The notes under the pieces are model-generated. The model did not search any database and was not told the origin of the DNA. It saw nothing but the letters and a program-made list of their open reading frames with translations. The position numbers were made by a program, and so were the translations under genes. Positions 1 through 9,708 of a stretch of 10,633 nt of DNA are shown piece by piece. The number at the start of each line of letters is the position of its first letter. The first letter of the stretch is position 1. This stretch comes from Octopus sinensis (lineage: Eukaryota), in contig NW_021827428.1 of assembly GCF_006345805.1 (NCBI RefSeq), positions 1-10,633 of the forward strand. Direction: 5' to 3'.

Positions 1-10
1 CACGCACACA

Positions 11-35
11 TATCTATATATATATATATATATAT
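11..35. repeat. (TA)n microsatellite
   Basis: Directly visible. Confidence 0.9.
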
Positions 36-261
36 GTTTTTTTTCCGATGACCGGATAACTGAAGAGATGGTGGCATGAATTTCCACCTCGGCATCCGAA
101 ACTTGGAGTTTTATCATGGCTACCGAATAATTGTCACATATTACATTTACAGATAAATTCCTCTATTTACGTAATATCGAGGTCTCTTTTTTTTGTTATC
201 TTACCCTTTTTATCAATATATATATAGGGATAGATAGTGACAGAGAAATTCATGTACACCT

Positions 262-310
262 ACACACACACACACACACACACATACACCTATATATATA
301 TATATATATA
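262..310. repeat. (CA)n(TA)n compound microsatellite
   Basis: Directly visible. Confidence 0.95.
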
Positions 311-444
311 AAAAATGAGATAGGGGTTGTAATTATATTATGTATAATGCTATTGCTGTTGTGTAATGGTTTAATAAAGTATTGAGTGGGTATTATCTGA
401 TGGTTGATGATTGATTTAGGTATGTTTCTCCATTTTCTCATTTT

Positions 445-453
445 GTATATATA

Positions 454-497
<44 letters not shown>

Positions 498-507
498 TAC
501 ATGTATA
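445..507. repeat. (TA)n(CA)n compound microsatellite
   Basis: Directly visible. Confidence 0.95.
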
Positions 508-540
508 TACCTCAATAAATACAAAAATACCTGCGTGTAA

Positions 541-1000
541 GGCGGCGAACTACCAGAAACGTTAGCACGCCGGGCGAAATGCTTAGCGGTATTTCGTCTG
601 CCGCTACGTTCTGAGTTCAAATTCGGCCGTGGTCGACTTTAACTTTCATCCTTTCGGGGTCGATTAAATAAGTACCAGTTACGCATTGGGGTCGATATAA
701 TCGACATAATCCGTTTGTCCGTCCTTGTTTGTTCTCTCTCTCTGTTTAGCCCCTTGAGGGTAGTAAAGAAATAGGTGTTTCGTCTGCTGTAACGTTCTGA
801 GCTCAAATTCCGCCGAGGTCAACTTTGCCTTTCATCCTTTCAGGGTCGATTAAATAAGTACCAGTTACGCACTGGGATCGATGTAATCGACTTAATCCGT
901 TTGTCTGTCCTTGTTTTTTCCCTCTGAGTGTAGCCCCTTGTGGTCAGTAAAGAAATAGGTATTTCGTCTGCCTTTACGCTCTGAGTTCAAATTCCACCGA
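541..1000 (+). mobile_element. tRNA-derived SINE (octopus-type) with a head followed by about 2.2 tandem body units of about 185 bp
   Basis: Head ggcggcgaactaccagaaacgttagcacg (degenerate A-box-like) and B-box-like gagttcaaattc. Body motif cctttcatcctttcggggtcgattaaataagtaccag. Tail tagccccttg.gg..agtaaagaaata. Units start with ggt(a/g)tttcgtctg at 588, 774 and 958 (periods 186 and 184); the third is truncated at about 1000. Family recognition is from memory of octopus repeats, not a database search. Confidence 0.8.
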
Positions 1001-2230
1001 AAAATCAGCATTCTTCAAAGTTGTTTTTACCATGTTACAGAGACATTCCGTTGCCATTCTAGCAACCCTGTAGACCAGCATTTGCACTTTGGTAGCAATA
1101 TCTACAAATAGCGCCATTATCTCCAATCTACGTTACCAAAATGAAGTAAAATCTATGAAAGGCTTCATGTGTCACGCTGTTCCTTTAGAAACACCTTATT
1201 AATAAGACATTCTAGATTAAATCGGTTAACTTAATATATTGCTGACGAATGAAATAGAATCAAATTGCAATCATTAATTAATAAAGTTAAAGATTTTCCA
1301 ATTTTCGAGTACATCTGCAATTGGATAATTCCAATTTATGTCGCTGATTGCCTTCCATATATTTCTCTCTCCTCTCTCTCAAACTACTTGTCTGCCATTT
1401 TATAACCTTAATGCTATTTGTCTTCGCATTTAGTTTTATAATGAACAATAACTTTCCTTTGGTTTTAATATTACATTATACATCTGCTAATAATTGAAGC
1501 TACGATATTTCATGTTAGATGGCCCGTAGAGCTTAGTTTAAAACAATTATTAATTAAATTACAGCATTTCTAATTATCACACCTGCTGTCTAAATATTGG
1601 AACAGTACAACACTTCATTTCCAATTCCATGTTAACCTTTATTTATTTTGGTTAAATTCCAAGATTCTGACAAATAAATTAACGAAATATTAAATGATAC
1701 AAGAACATTATTACAAAATCCCAGAAATCACAGGGTTGCGCACGTCAACATGAAACAGTTGTCTTCGTGTAGAGTACATCGCATCTCAGACTTCTTTTTA
1801 ACCTTTCTTTTACTAACAGCTTTCGATTCAATTCTTATTACTATTTTATAGAATGAAAATAATTTCCACCACAACCATCATAAAAAAAAAATAAACAAAT
1901 AAATAAAATAAAGCGAAAGAAAAATAAGAAAAAATTATTCCAAACATTGGTTTTCATAAGAAGACTTCTTACATTTTAGTCATTTTATCAATATAATATG
2001 GATTGTAGAACTACATTTCGACTAGTTTTATGTTCATTTTCTCATTCAGACAACAGACTTCACTAATGGCAGAACAGAATAACGGTCCTTTAACATATTC
2101 CATACTGAATGCCATATTTCTATCGCTTAGGGCCGAGGTTCATCGCCGAGCTTTTAAACAGGCTTCATTTATGCATCTCAAATTTTCAGTAGACACACAC
2201 ACACACACGCTTGAGTAAAAGGAACTTGCC

Positions 2231-2291
2231 GACTGAACCCGGTATCATGCGCTGGGGAGCAAGCTTCTTACCACACAGCACGCATGCGTCC
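2231..2291 (-). mobile_element. Isolated 5' head fragment (A box to B box) of the same SINE family as 2401-2754
   Basis: gactgaacccggtatcatg (2231-2249) matches gactgaacccggaaccatg (2722-2740). The minus strand reads gtgctgtgtggtaagaagcttgct...ccgggttcagtc, i.e. A-box-like and B-box-like motifs. Confidence 0.65.
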
Positions 2292-2299
2292 ATTGTTCG

Positions 2300-2300
2300 T

Positions 2301-2348
<48 letters not shown>

Positions 2349-2349
2349 A

Positions 2350-2397
<48 letters not shown>
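2300..2397. repeat. (TA)n microsatellite between the two SINE fragments
   Basis: Directly visible, with a few interruptions. Confidence 0.95.
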
Positions 2398-2398
<1 letters not shown>

Positions 2399-2400
2399 TC

Positions 2401-2754
2401 ATGCTGGAGCACCGCCTTTAGTCGAGCAAATCGACCCCAGGACTTATTCTTTGTAAGCCCAGTACTTATTCTATCGGTCTCTTTTTGCCCAACCGCTAAG
2501 TGACGGGGACATAAACACACCAGCATCGGTTGTCAAGCGATGTTGGAGGGGGACAAACAGACACACAAACATACACGCACGCACATATATATATATATAT
2601 ATACATATATACATATATACGACGGGCTTCTTTTCAGTTTCCGTCTACCAAATGCACTCACAAGGCTTTGGTCGGCCCGAGGCTATAGTAGAAGACACTT
2701 GCCCAAGGTGCCACGCAGTGGGACTGAACCCGGAACCATGTGGTTGGTAAACAA
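2401..2754 (-). mobile_element. Composite tRNA-derived SINE (second family, CORE-like body) with an internal (TA/CA)n tract; A-box end missing
   Basis: The minus strand reads ...ccacatggttccGGGTTCAGTCCCactgcgtggcaccttgggcaagtgtcttctactatagcctcgggccgaccaaagccttgtgagtg...gaagcccgtcgtatatatg.... It has a B-box-like motif (2720-2731) and ccttgggcaag, which resembles the CORE/MIR-type central motif. It then continues through a microsatellite into cgatgctggtgtgttta...cttagcgg...ggggtcgatttgctcgac. It matches a highly repeated octopus element as recalled. Confidence 0.75.
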
Positions 2755-2788
2755 ATGAATATATGTGTATATGTGTATTTGTGTTATA

Positions 2789-2790
<2 letters not shown>

Positions 2791-2852
<62 letters not shown>

Positions 2853-2885
2853 TGTGTGTGTGTGTGTTGTGTGTGTGTGTGTGTA
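2791..2885. repeat. (TA)n(GT)n compound microsatellite
   Basis: Directly visible. Confidence 0.95.
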
Positions 2886-3148
2886 ACGTTTTCACATTTT
2901 ATACGTTTCTGGTTGTGTCCAAATTGGGTGGGACACTTATTGCAAGTTTTGATATTTTTTCTTTGAATGATAAGAAAATGAAATCAGAAACATTTCAATT
3001 ATTATTCAAAATGCTGCGCTTTTTCAGATGAATAAACCGTCCATTATCAGGAGGTTGTTGGGCGAAGGAACGCCCATCGCCACTACATCAGAGAACAGTT
3101 GAGACGACGACGATGATGATGATAATGATGGTGATTATTATATGTTCA

Positions 3149-3150
<2 letters not shown>

Positions 3151-3186
<36 letters not shown>
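3151..3186. repeat. (GT)n microsatellite
   Basis: Directly visible. Confidence 0.95.
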
Positions 3187-3188
<2 letters not shown>

Positions 3189-3379
3189 TAGTGCAAGTTC
3201 CAGTATTGGCGGTCGGAGTGGGCGAGGATAGAGAGGGGCGGGCGATGAGGCAGAATGGAGACACATGGATACATAGACTTCAACAACCATGGCAGCTACG
3301 AATTGCAGTTCATTAATTTCCTCATTCCTCGTAATTACGAACAAGTTTGCAAATACGCTCCCGCGCACACGCTGGCACT

Positions 3380-3493
3380 CATACACACGCACACGCACAC
3401 ACACTCATGTACATATGTGTATATTTATAAACACACATATGTACATACATATATATAAATATAATATAGACACACAAATACATATATATGCAC

Positions 3494-3561
<68 letters not shown>

Positions 3562-3616
3562 TAGCATATATATTATGTGCGTGTGTGTGTGTGTGTGTGT
3601 GTGTGCATATGTGTGT
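3380..3616. repeat. Compound (CA)n/(TA)n/(TATG)n/(GT)n microsatellite
   Basis: Directly visible. Confidence 0.9.
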
Positions 3617-3717
3617 ATTTCTGTATTTGCGAGTTCGTTTGGTTTGTGTATTTAAATAGCTAGATAATGTAAACAGTATTTATATACCATCTTCATTATG
3701 TACATGTACATATCTCA

Positions 3718-3779
3718 ACACACACACACACATATATATGTGTGTGGTACTATACATACCTACATACCCACACACACCA

Positions 3780-3832
<53 letters not shown>

Positions 3833-3851
3833 GTGTGTGCGTGTGTATGTA
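3718..3851. repeat. Compound (CA)n-(TA)n-(GT)n microsatellite
   Basis: Directly visible; includes the perfect palindrome cacacatatatatgtgtg. Confidence 0.9.
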
Positions 3852-4262
3852 TTTTTAGCTGATGAATGATAAATATAGAGGAAGACAATAGAAAAGAAAG
3901 GAAAAGTGAACAAAAAGAGGCGGTTTAGGCGGTGGAGGCGGTGGAGGCGGCAGCAGTTGTGGGGGTGGAGAAGGGGTGTTACCGAGAGAGAGATGTAGGG
4001 GAAATAAAGGAAGAAAGGAAAAGAGGATGGAGCATAAAAAGCTGGACGGTGGGGTGGGGAGATATGTTGGAGGTTAAGGCAATTTGCTTGAACTCATCTG
4101 AACAAATTATGGCAAATTATTTGTAGACAGAAATGATTACATTACGAGGATATATAAATGAATAGTGTATGTGTCATGTATAGCGTTGTATGGGGTGTGT
4201 GTGCTGATGTGAGTGTGTGTTACACGTATTTCATAATAGTAGAGACAGACAGGATAGATTTA

Positions 4263-4353
4263 ATAACTCATATATATCTATATATGTTTATATCTTATAT
4301 ATAAATTATATTTACATATATATACATAGATACATATTATATATAATATATAT

Positions 4354-4396
<43 letters not shown>

Positions 4397-4465
4397 CATA
4401 TATATATGTGTGTATGTATATACAGACATAGGGAAAGAGAGATAGGAAGAGAGATAGATAGACAG
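4263..4465. repeat. Degenerate (TA)n tract followed by GA/GATA-rich repeats
   Basis: Directly visible. Confidence 0.85.
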
Positions 4466-5200
4466 GTACGTAATTAATTTTCCTTGATTAACCTATCTAT
4501 ATACATTCAAGTACGTCAAATACGTATGTATGTATATATATACATATACACAGGCAGAAACAGGCTGATAGACATTCCATATGCATATGCAAGCGCGTGT
4601 GTATATATAATTATAATTAAGTATGTATAAGTCAACTAGAATAGCAAATAGCCTGGTCAAACCATGATTACTTCCCCTCACAAACCACTCTCTAAAAATT
4701 GAACACAGAATAATAAAGACGGTAATTCAGAGAAGTTAATCTAGCAGTATAGAATATATTCTATGGACAAACACAGCTTAATCTAGTGACAAGACATATA
4801 TGCATTTGTATAGAATAAGTAAATTAGAGGCTGGGTCTTCCGTCGGTTGAGAACCATGAGTTCTTAAGAACGGTTAAGAATGATGAGTTGTTCAAGCAAA
4901 TGAACTAGAAGTGAGTGAATCTTCCATGATTCCCACAGTCCCACACTTTTAGAGTTATTTGTGGATCAAACTTAAATTTCTATGGAATATTGTGGGTATC
5001 AGTGTTTGTCTTTTACTTTTTAATTGAGTTATATTAATTTTTTTTATTACTGCTAGAGAAATACCCGGAATTTTCCCCGAAAATGTATTGGCAGTGTCTT
5101 CCCGCCTTAATGTCCATAGCTTGGGTCGAACTTAAGTTTTAGGGTCGCTTGATCTTCACACAATAAGATCAACACTAGGATTTCGTAAATGAAGGCGAAA

Positions 5201-5312
5201 ATACACATACACATGCGTACGTACATACATACATGTATACATGAATACACGCACACAAACATACACACACACACACATACATATATACACATATATATGT
5301 CTGTATATATAA
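5201..5312. repeat. Compound (CATA)n/(CA)n/(TA)n microsatellite
   Basis: Directly visible. Confidence 0.85.
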
Positions 5313-5562
5313 ATTCAAAGAAATTAGAGATTTATGATTGATATATTTTATTTATAATTTATTAAAATAATATTATATTACAATAAATATAATATGAATA
5401 GAAAACTTTTCTCCATGTGATCGGCTTGAAGAATTGTTAAGACACTAGCATATTTTCATACTTTTCTTAACATGAAACCAATGGTGGCCTTAATTCACAA
5501 ATAAAGAAATTGTATTCACCGATGAGATGTTGAGCATTCATTTTCATCGTTCGATATTTACG

Positions 5563-6012
<450 letters not shown>

Positions 6013-7900
6013 TGTTTCTTTATTAGCCACACAGGGCTGCACACAGATAGAACAAATTACAAGGTAGAGCTTTTCTTTTGAAGGTTTAAAAAAAAAAAAA
6101 AAAAAAAAAAAAGGACGGGGGAGTTTCGATCAAAAGGGATCGTAAAAGGAGAGAAAGAGGACAAAAAAAGGGGGGTTAAAAAAAAGGGGGAGAGGAAAAA
6201 AAAAAAAAAATGATCAATAGGGATCGTTATCACAGAAATGTCAATATGAAGTGTAAAGGGGAGGACAGGTGAGGTTTACCCGTGGAAAGAAAAGCCTACG
6301 GAAAAGACCACGGTAACCTCGGTCAATGAAGTCACATTTTATATTTCTTTTTTTTTTTTTTTTTGGCAAATAAGCAACTCTCTGTTTTCGATTTCTGGGT
6401 TTTAGGACTATGCTCAAGGTGGCTTCGTCATTCATACTGCCATTCTTGCTACATTCACCCATCTTTTTTTAAAACATTCGCTAGACAAAACTTGCCTCTC
6501 TACTCTCACTTTCCTTTTCAAGTGGTACTTGAAGAAGTTGATGAGAGATTGACCAGAGAGGAAAGTGTTTGTCTCCAATCCTTTCAGACGCGTCCACCAG
6601 ATACATTCTTTCGCCATAGCCACAAGGATGATGAAAATAGCTCTTCCTTCCCGTTTGAAGGAAGGAGGCGTGACAATATTGACGATAGACTCAGCTGATA
6701 AACCGACTCGTCCACAACGTGACAGCAGTTGTTCGACATAAGCCCACAGTCGGAAATTGTTGGACACTGAACGAGTGCGTGCAGAACGGTTTCGTCGCTC
6801 TGACCGCATCTCGGGCAGGTCGGCCCCGTGTTTCTCGAGCCGTGTCTGTAGAGCTTATCCCGAACGGGTAGCGCTTCTCGGTAGCACTGCCAGGCCAGGG
6901 ATCTCTGGAAGTTGTCCATGGGCCCTGGCCCGAAAGTCGTCCCGAACAGGCGGGTCAGGTACTCCTCGTCGACGTCCAGGTTCGCCCCGAGCTCGTCGTC
7001 GTACCTCCCTCCACTAAACCCCTATAGAATGCTTGGTTGTGTTGAAGTCACTTAAGGTCGACCCAGGACGGCAGAGTTGCTTGAGAGCAACGCGACTCTC
7101 GCGGTGCCATTCGCCCTTCCTCGGCCTCTTTTTGATCCACGACTGTAGTTCGGTCATGGAGACGAGCTGCGGGAAAGCGTGCCTCACAAACGGCGACCAC
7201 ACTGTTCACCGTCGTCTACATAGAGCCAGAGATGTCGCAGTCTCAGCGCGTGTCTGCGCATCATCAACCACGGCATGCCCAGCCCTCCTTTTAACGGGTG
7301 TTGACAGCAAATGGATCGCCTGACCATCGGGACGCATCCTTTCCACAAGAAGCGAAAGAGGATGCGTTGTAGTTTGGTGATGGTAGGGTCGGGACAAGGT
7401 ACGACGGTCAGGCGGTAGTAGATGACGGACGCGATGTACGTGTTCGCCACCTCCGCTCGACCTTTTAGGGACAGTTTCCTCTCGGCCATTGCCGGGCGAG
7501 AGCGACCACCCTACTCGTTATCTCGTTCCAATTCTTCTCCACTTGGAGGTCCGGACCAAACCAGACCCCGAGCAACTCAACCGGGCCGTCGGTCCAGCGT
7601 CCACGACGGAGGCGCTGGTGGACGGCATGGGCTTGCTTCTCCAGGTGCCTAGTCGCAAGCCCACTGACTTTTCCCGGTTGATTTTCGCTCCTGTCCCGCT
7701 TCGTAGTTTTTCAGTGTCTCGCCGACCAGCTCGATGTGCTCGTGGCTAGACACTATGACGGTGACGTCGTCCGCGTATGCAGACACGCTCGTCCCGCATC
7801 CCAATTCTCGCGGGATGCCCCTTAGAGTCGCCAGCTTCCGCAGTAGTGGCTCAAGAGTCAATACGTATAGAAGCGCCGAGAGGGGGCATCCCTGACGGAC
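6013..7900 (-). mobile_element. 5'-truncated non-LTR retrotransposon (LINE), Tx1-like branch of the L1 group, antisense to the host gene
   Basis: Minus strand encodes RT motifs VRQGCPLSALLYVLTLEPLL and AYADDVTV, then TGAKINREKS, the thumb/tether region W.ERKLSLKGRAEVANTYIAS..YYRL..VP.P......LQRILFRFLWKG...GGLGMP..., and a C-terminal CCHC zinc knuckle CPRCGQSDETVLHALVQC. About 420 bp of 3' UTR follows, ending ...GCTAATAAAGAAACAT and running into (ATCT)n. The 5' end stops abruptly at 7900 against (AAT)n. The segment is clearly GC/CpG-richer than its flanks. Confidence 0.93.
6432..7900 (-). pseudogene. Partial ORF2 (RT C-terminal half + zinc knuckle) of the Tx1-like LINE, frameshifted as assembled
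   Basis: ORF-track pieces 7649-8044, 7184-7489, 7014-7202, 6584-6919 and 6432-6809 join into one continuous ORF2-like protein if one base is restored at about 7696, 7601, 7486, 7202, 7032, 7008 and 6749. The endonuclease and N-terminal RT are absent (5' truncation). Confidence 0.88.
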
Positions 7901-7935
<35 letters not shown>

Positions 7936-7976
7936 TAATAATAATAATAATAATGACAGCAACAACAATAACAACA
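7901..7976. repeat. (AAT)n microsatellite grading into (AAC)n at the LINE 5' junction
   Basis: aataataat... from 7901 to about 7954, then aacaacaataacaac. Confidence 0.95.
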
Positions 7977-8054
7977 TATGCCGGCGTATGTATGCGTGTA
8001 ATGACCGGGTATGTATGTGCACGTTCCCAAGTTTGAACGAGCAATCAGTTATTT

Positions 8055-8153
8055 ATATATAAATACATTACATAAAATATATACACGAATACATACGCAC
8101 GCATACACACACACACCTATATATACATAACTACATATATATGTGTGTGTATG

Positions 8154-8199
<46 letters not shown>

Positions 8200-8288
8200 T
8201 GTAAATATATGTATAAATATATATATGGATATATGTACATATACAATTATATGTATATATATACATACGCATATATGTATAGAAATAT

Positions 8289-8329
<41 letters not shown>

Positions 8330-8447
8330 CAATATAAGTACATGTAAATATGTGTATAAAACATATATATATATATATGTACGTATATATATATGTACAT
8401 ATATAATTATATGTATATATACATATGCACATATGTATGTGTGTGTT
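8055..8447. repeat. Long degenerate (TA)n/(CA)n/(TG)n compound microsatellite
   Basis: Directly visible; it is the source of the many YI/HT/CV ORFs in the track. Confidence 0.9.
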
Positions 8448-9536
8448 TGTGTCAGTGCTAAATGGAGTGTTTGCTGTTACGCAAGTCATGTTCTGTTACC
8501 CTTGATAGATAGTAGGAAGCAAGAATCTATCTGACAGAATTCATTCTTCACCAATTTACCAATTTACTTTCGCTGTCACTGCTAGAGTGCAATCAAATAT
8601 TTCACATGAAATGAAGCAGTCGTTTATTCTCAATATGGTGTTGTATCCATGGCACATAGTTACGTCTAAGTAGACTGTGGCACTTTGAGATGAATGTTCT
8701 ATCTACAGACACAACCAAATGCCCCGAATTTGCATTTGTTGACAACTTCCAATAGAAAACCGGCTTCTTTTTGCATTTGCCGATGATGGAGTAGCAAGTT
8801 TCGAAACAGAATTGACGGAGTGCCAAATTAAAACCACGGTTTAATAACACATTTTTCATATGATCGGCCGAGCTGAGGACCAATAATTAGCCAGACATCC
8901 CGTGATGCATCTCTGTAGAACCCACAAAAAAATTTTCCTACATATATATATATATTTTAGACGCTCCGAGTAACGTACAAGATAATCGAAAGGTCGTCGA
9001 CGGCGGTATCGATCACGAGTGCGTGTGCCGGTCGCGGCGCACGAACGGGATGCGATCTCTGCCCAGTGCTCCGAAGTGAAGACACGTTAGACCAAGCGCG
9101 GGCAAAAGGCATCGAGTAACAAGTAAACTTGGAAGCAAGCGGTTAGCAGTAACGTTGTTCGGAGCGAGCAAAGTGCTGCTGTGGCGGCAGCGAGCGGTGC
9201 GATCGAAGGACCGTCGTCTCGGCGATATCGACCGCGAGGGTGGGGTGTCCGCTGTGCAACCTGTGCTTTCTTTTTTGCCACTATTTCAAGTCAACAACAA
9301 ATTATCTTGATTACACTTTTGTAAGTTCCCATTTTTTTTTTTTATTAAACTTCCAATTTTACTGTTTTATTGAATTTTTTATGTATGTATTTTTTCACGA
9401 AGCTAGCCGCAATATTTCAATCCTTTACTTCACAAAATGCTACAGAATGGATTTTGGTAAATCTTTATTTGTCTGTTAATAATGTTCTCCAGGCATTAAT
9501 TATTCTTGTTCTTATCGTTGTTGTTTGTTTTTTCAG

Positions 9537-9708
9537 AAATAATTGAACGTATTGAGAAAAACCACGAACCGATCCGTCCGAATGTAGACGTATTAAACTG
9601 TGACCCGTATTTAATCGATTGTATGAAAATCTGCTGGAGCGAATATCCGGAAATGAGGCCCGATTTCCGCAGCGTTTGGCGCATGTTGAAGCCGATGAGA
9701 CACGGCAC
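9537..9708 (+). CDS. Internal coding exon of a receptor (membrane) guanylyl cyclase, NPR-A/B / Gyc76C-like; C-terminal end of the kinase-homology domain before the hinge
   Basis: Acceptor ttgtttgttttttcAG (AG 9535-9536) with a pyrimidine tract and donor ac|GTAAGT (GT 9709-9710). The exon is 172 nt, phase 1 in and phase 2 out. It translates as (E)IIERIEKNHEPIRPNVDVLNCDPYLIDCMKICWSEYPEMRPDFRSVWRMLKPMRHG(T). This fits the receptor-GC pattern EIIERV...P.RP...(L)M..CW.E.P..RP.F..I...LK as recalled. CW..P..RP.F also occurs in TK/TKL kinases, but the EIIER start and LKPMR end favour a receptor GC. No flanking exons were recognised in the window. Confidence 0.85.

Noticed and set aside
541-1000. tRNA gene or CRISPR-like array reading of the tandem units
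   Set aside because: No cloverleaf can be completed, and the ~185-bp units are homologous along their whole length with no unique spacers. The eukaryotic SINE explanation fits.
3028-3102. Acceptor-like ttttcAG followed by MNKPSIIRRLLGEGTPIATTSENS*
   Set aside because: Short, ends in a stop, has no guanylyl-cyclase similarity and no supporting donor.
4860-4871. 12-bp palindrome gttcttaagaac (TTC-N4-GAA, STAT-like)
   Set aside because: A single short motif in AT-rich DNA is expected by chance; the spacing is not a canonical heat-shock element.
131-5292. Many 60-93 aa ORFs rich in YI/HT/CV repeats (also those at 8049-8534)
   Set aside because: They are translations of (TA)n, (CA)n and (TG)n microsatellites, which lack stop codons in some frames; no domain content.
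6363-7749. Plus-strand ORFs overlapping the LINE
   Set aside because: Antisense shadow ORFs of a GC-rich coding sequence; no recognisable motifs.
7901-8044. Poly-Ile 'signal/TM' N-terminus fused in frame to the RT fragment
   Set aside because: It is the (ATT)n tract at the truncation point. The start is a non-ATG codon in unrelated flank, so the in-frame fusion is most simply chance.
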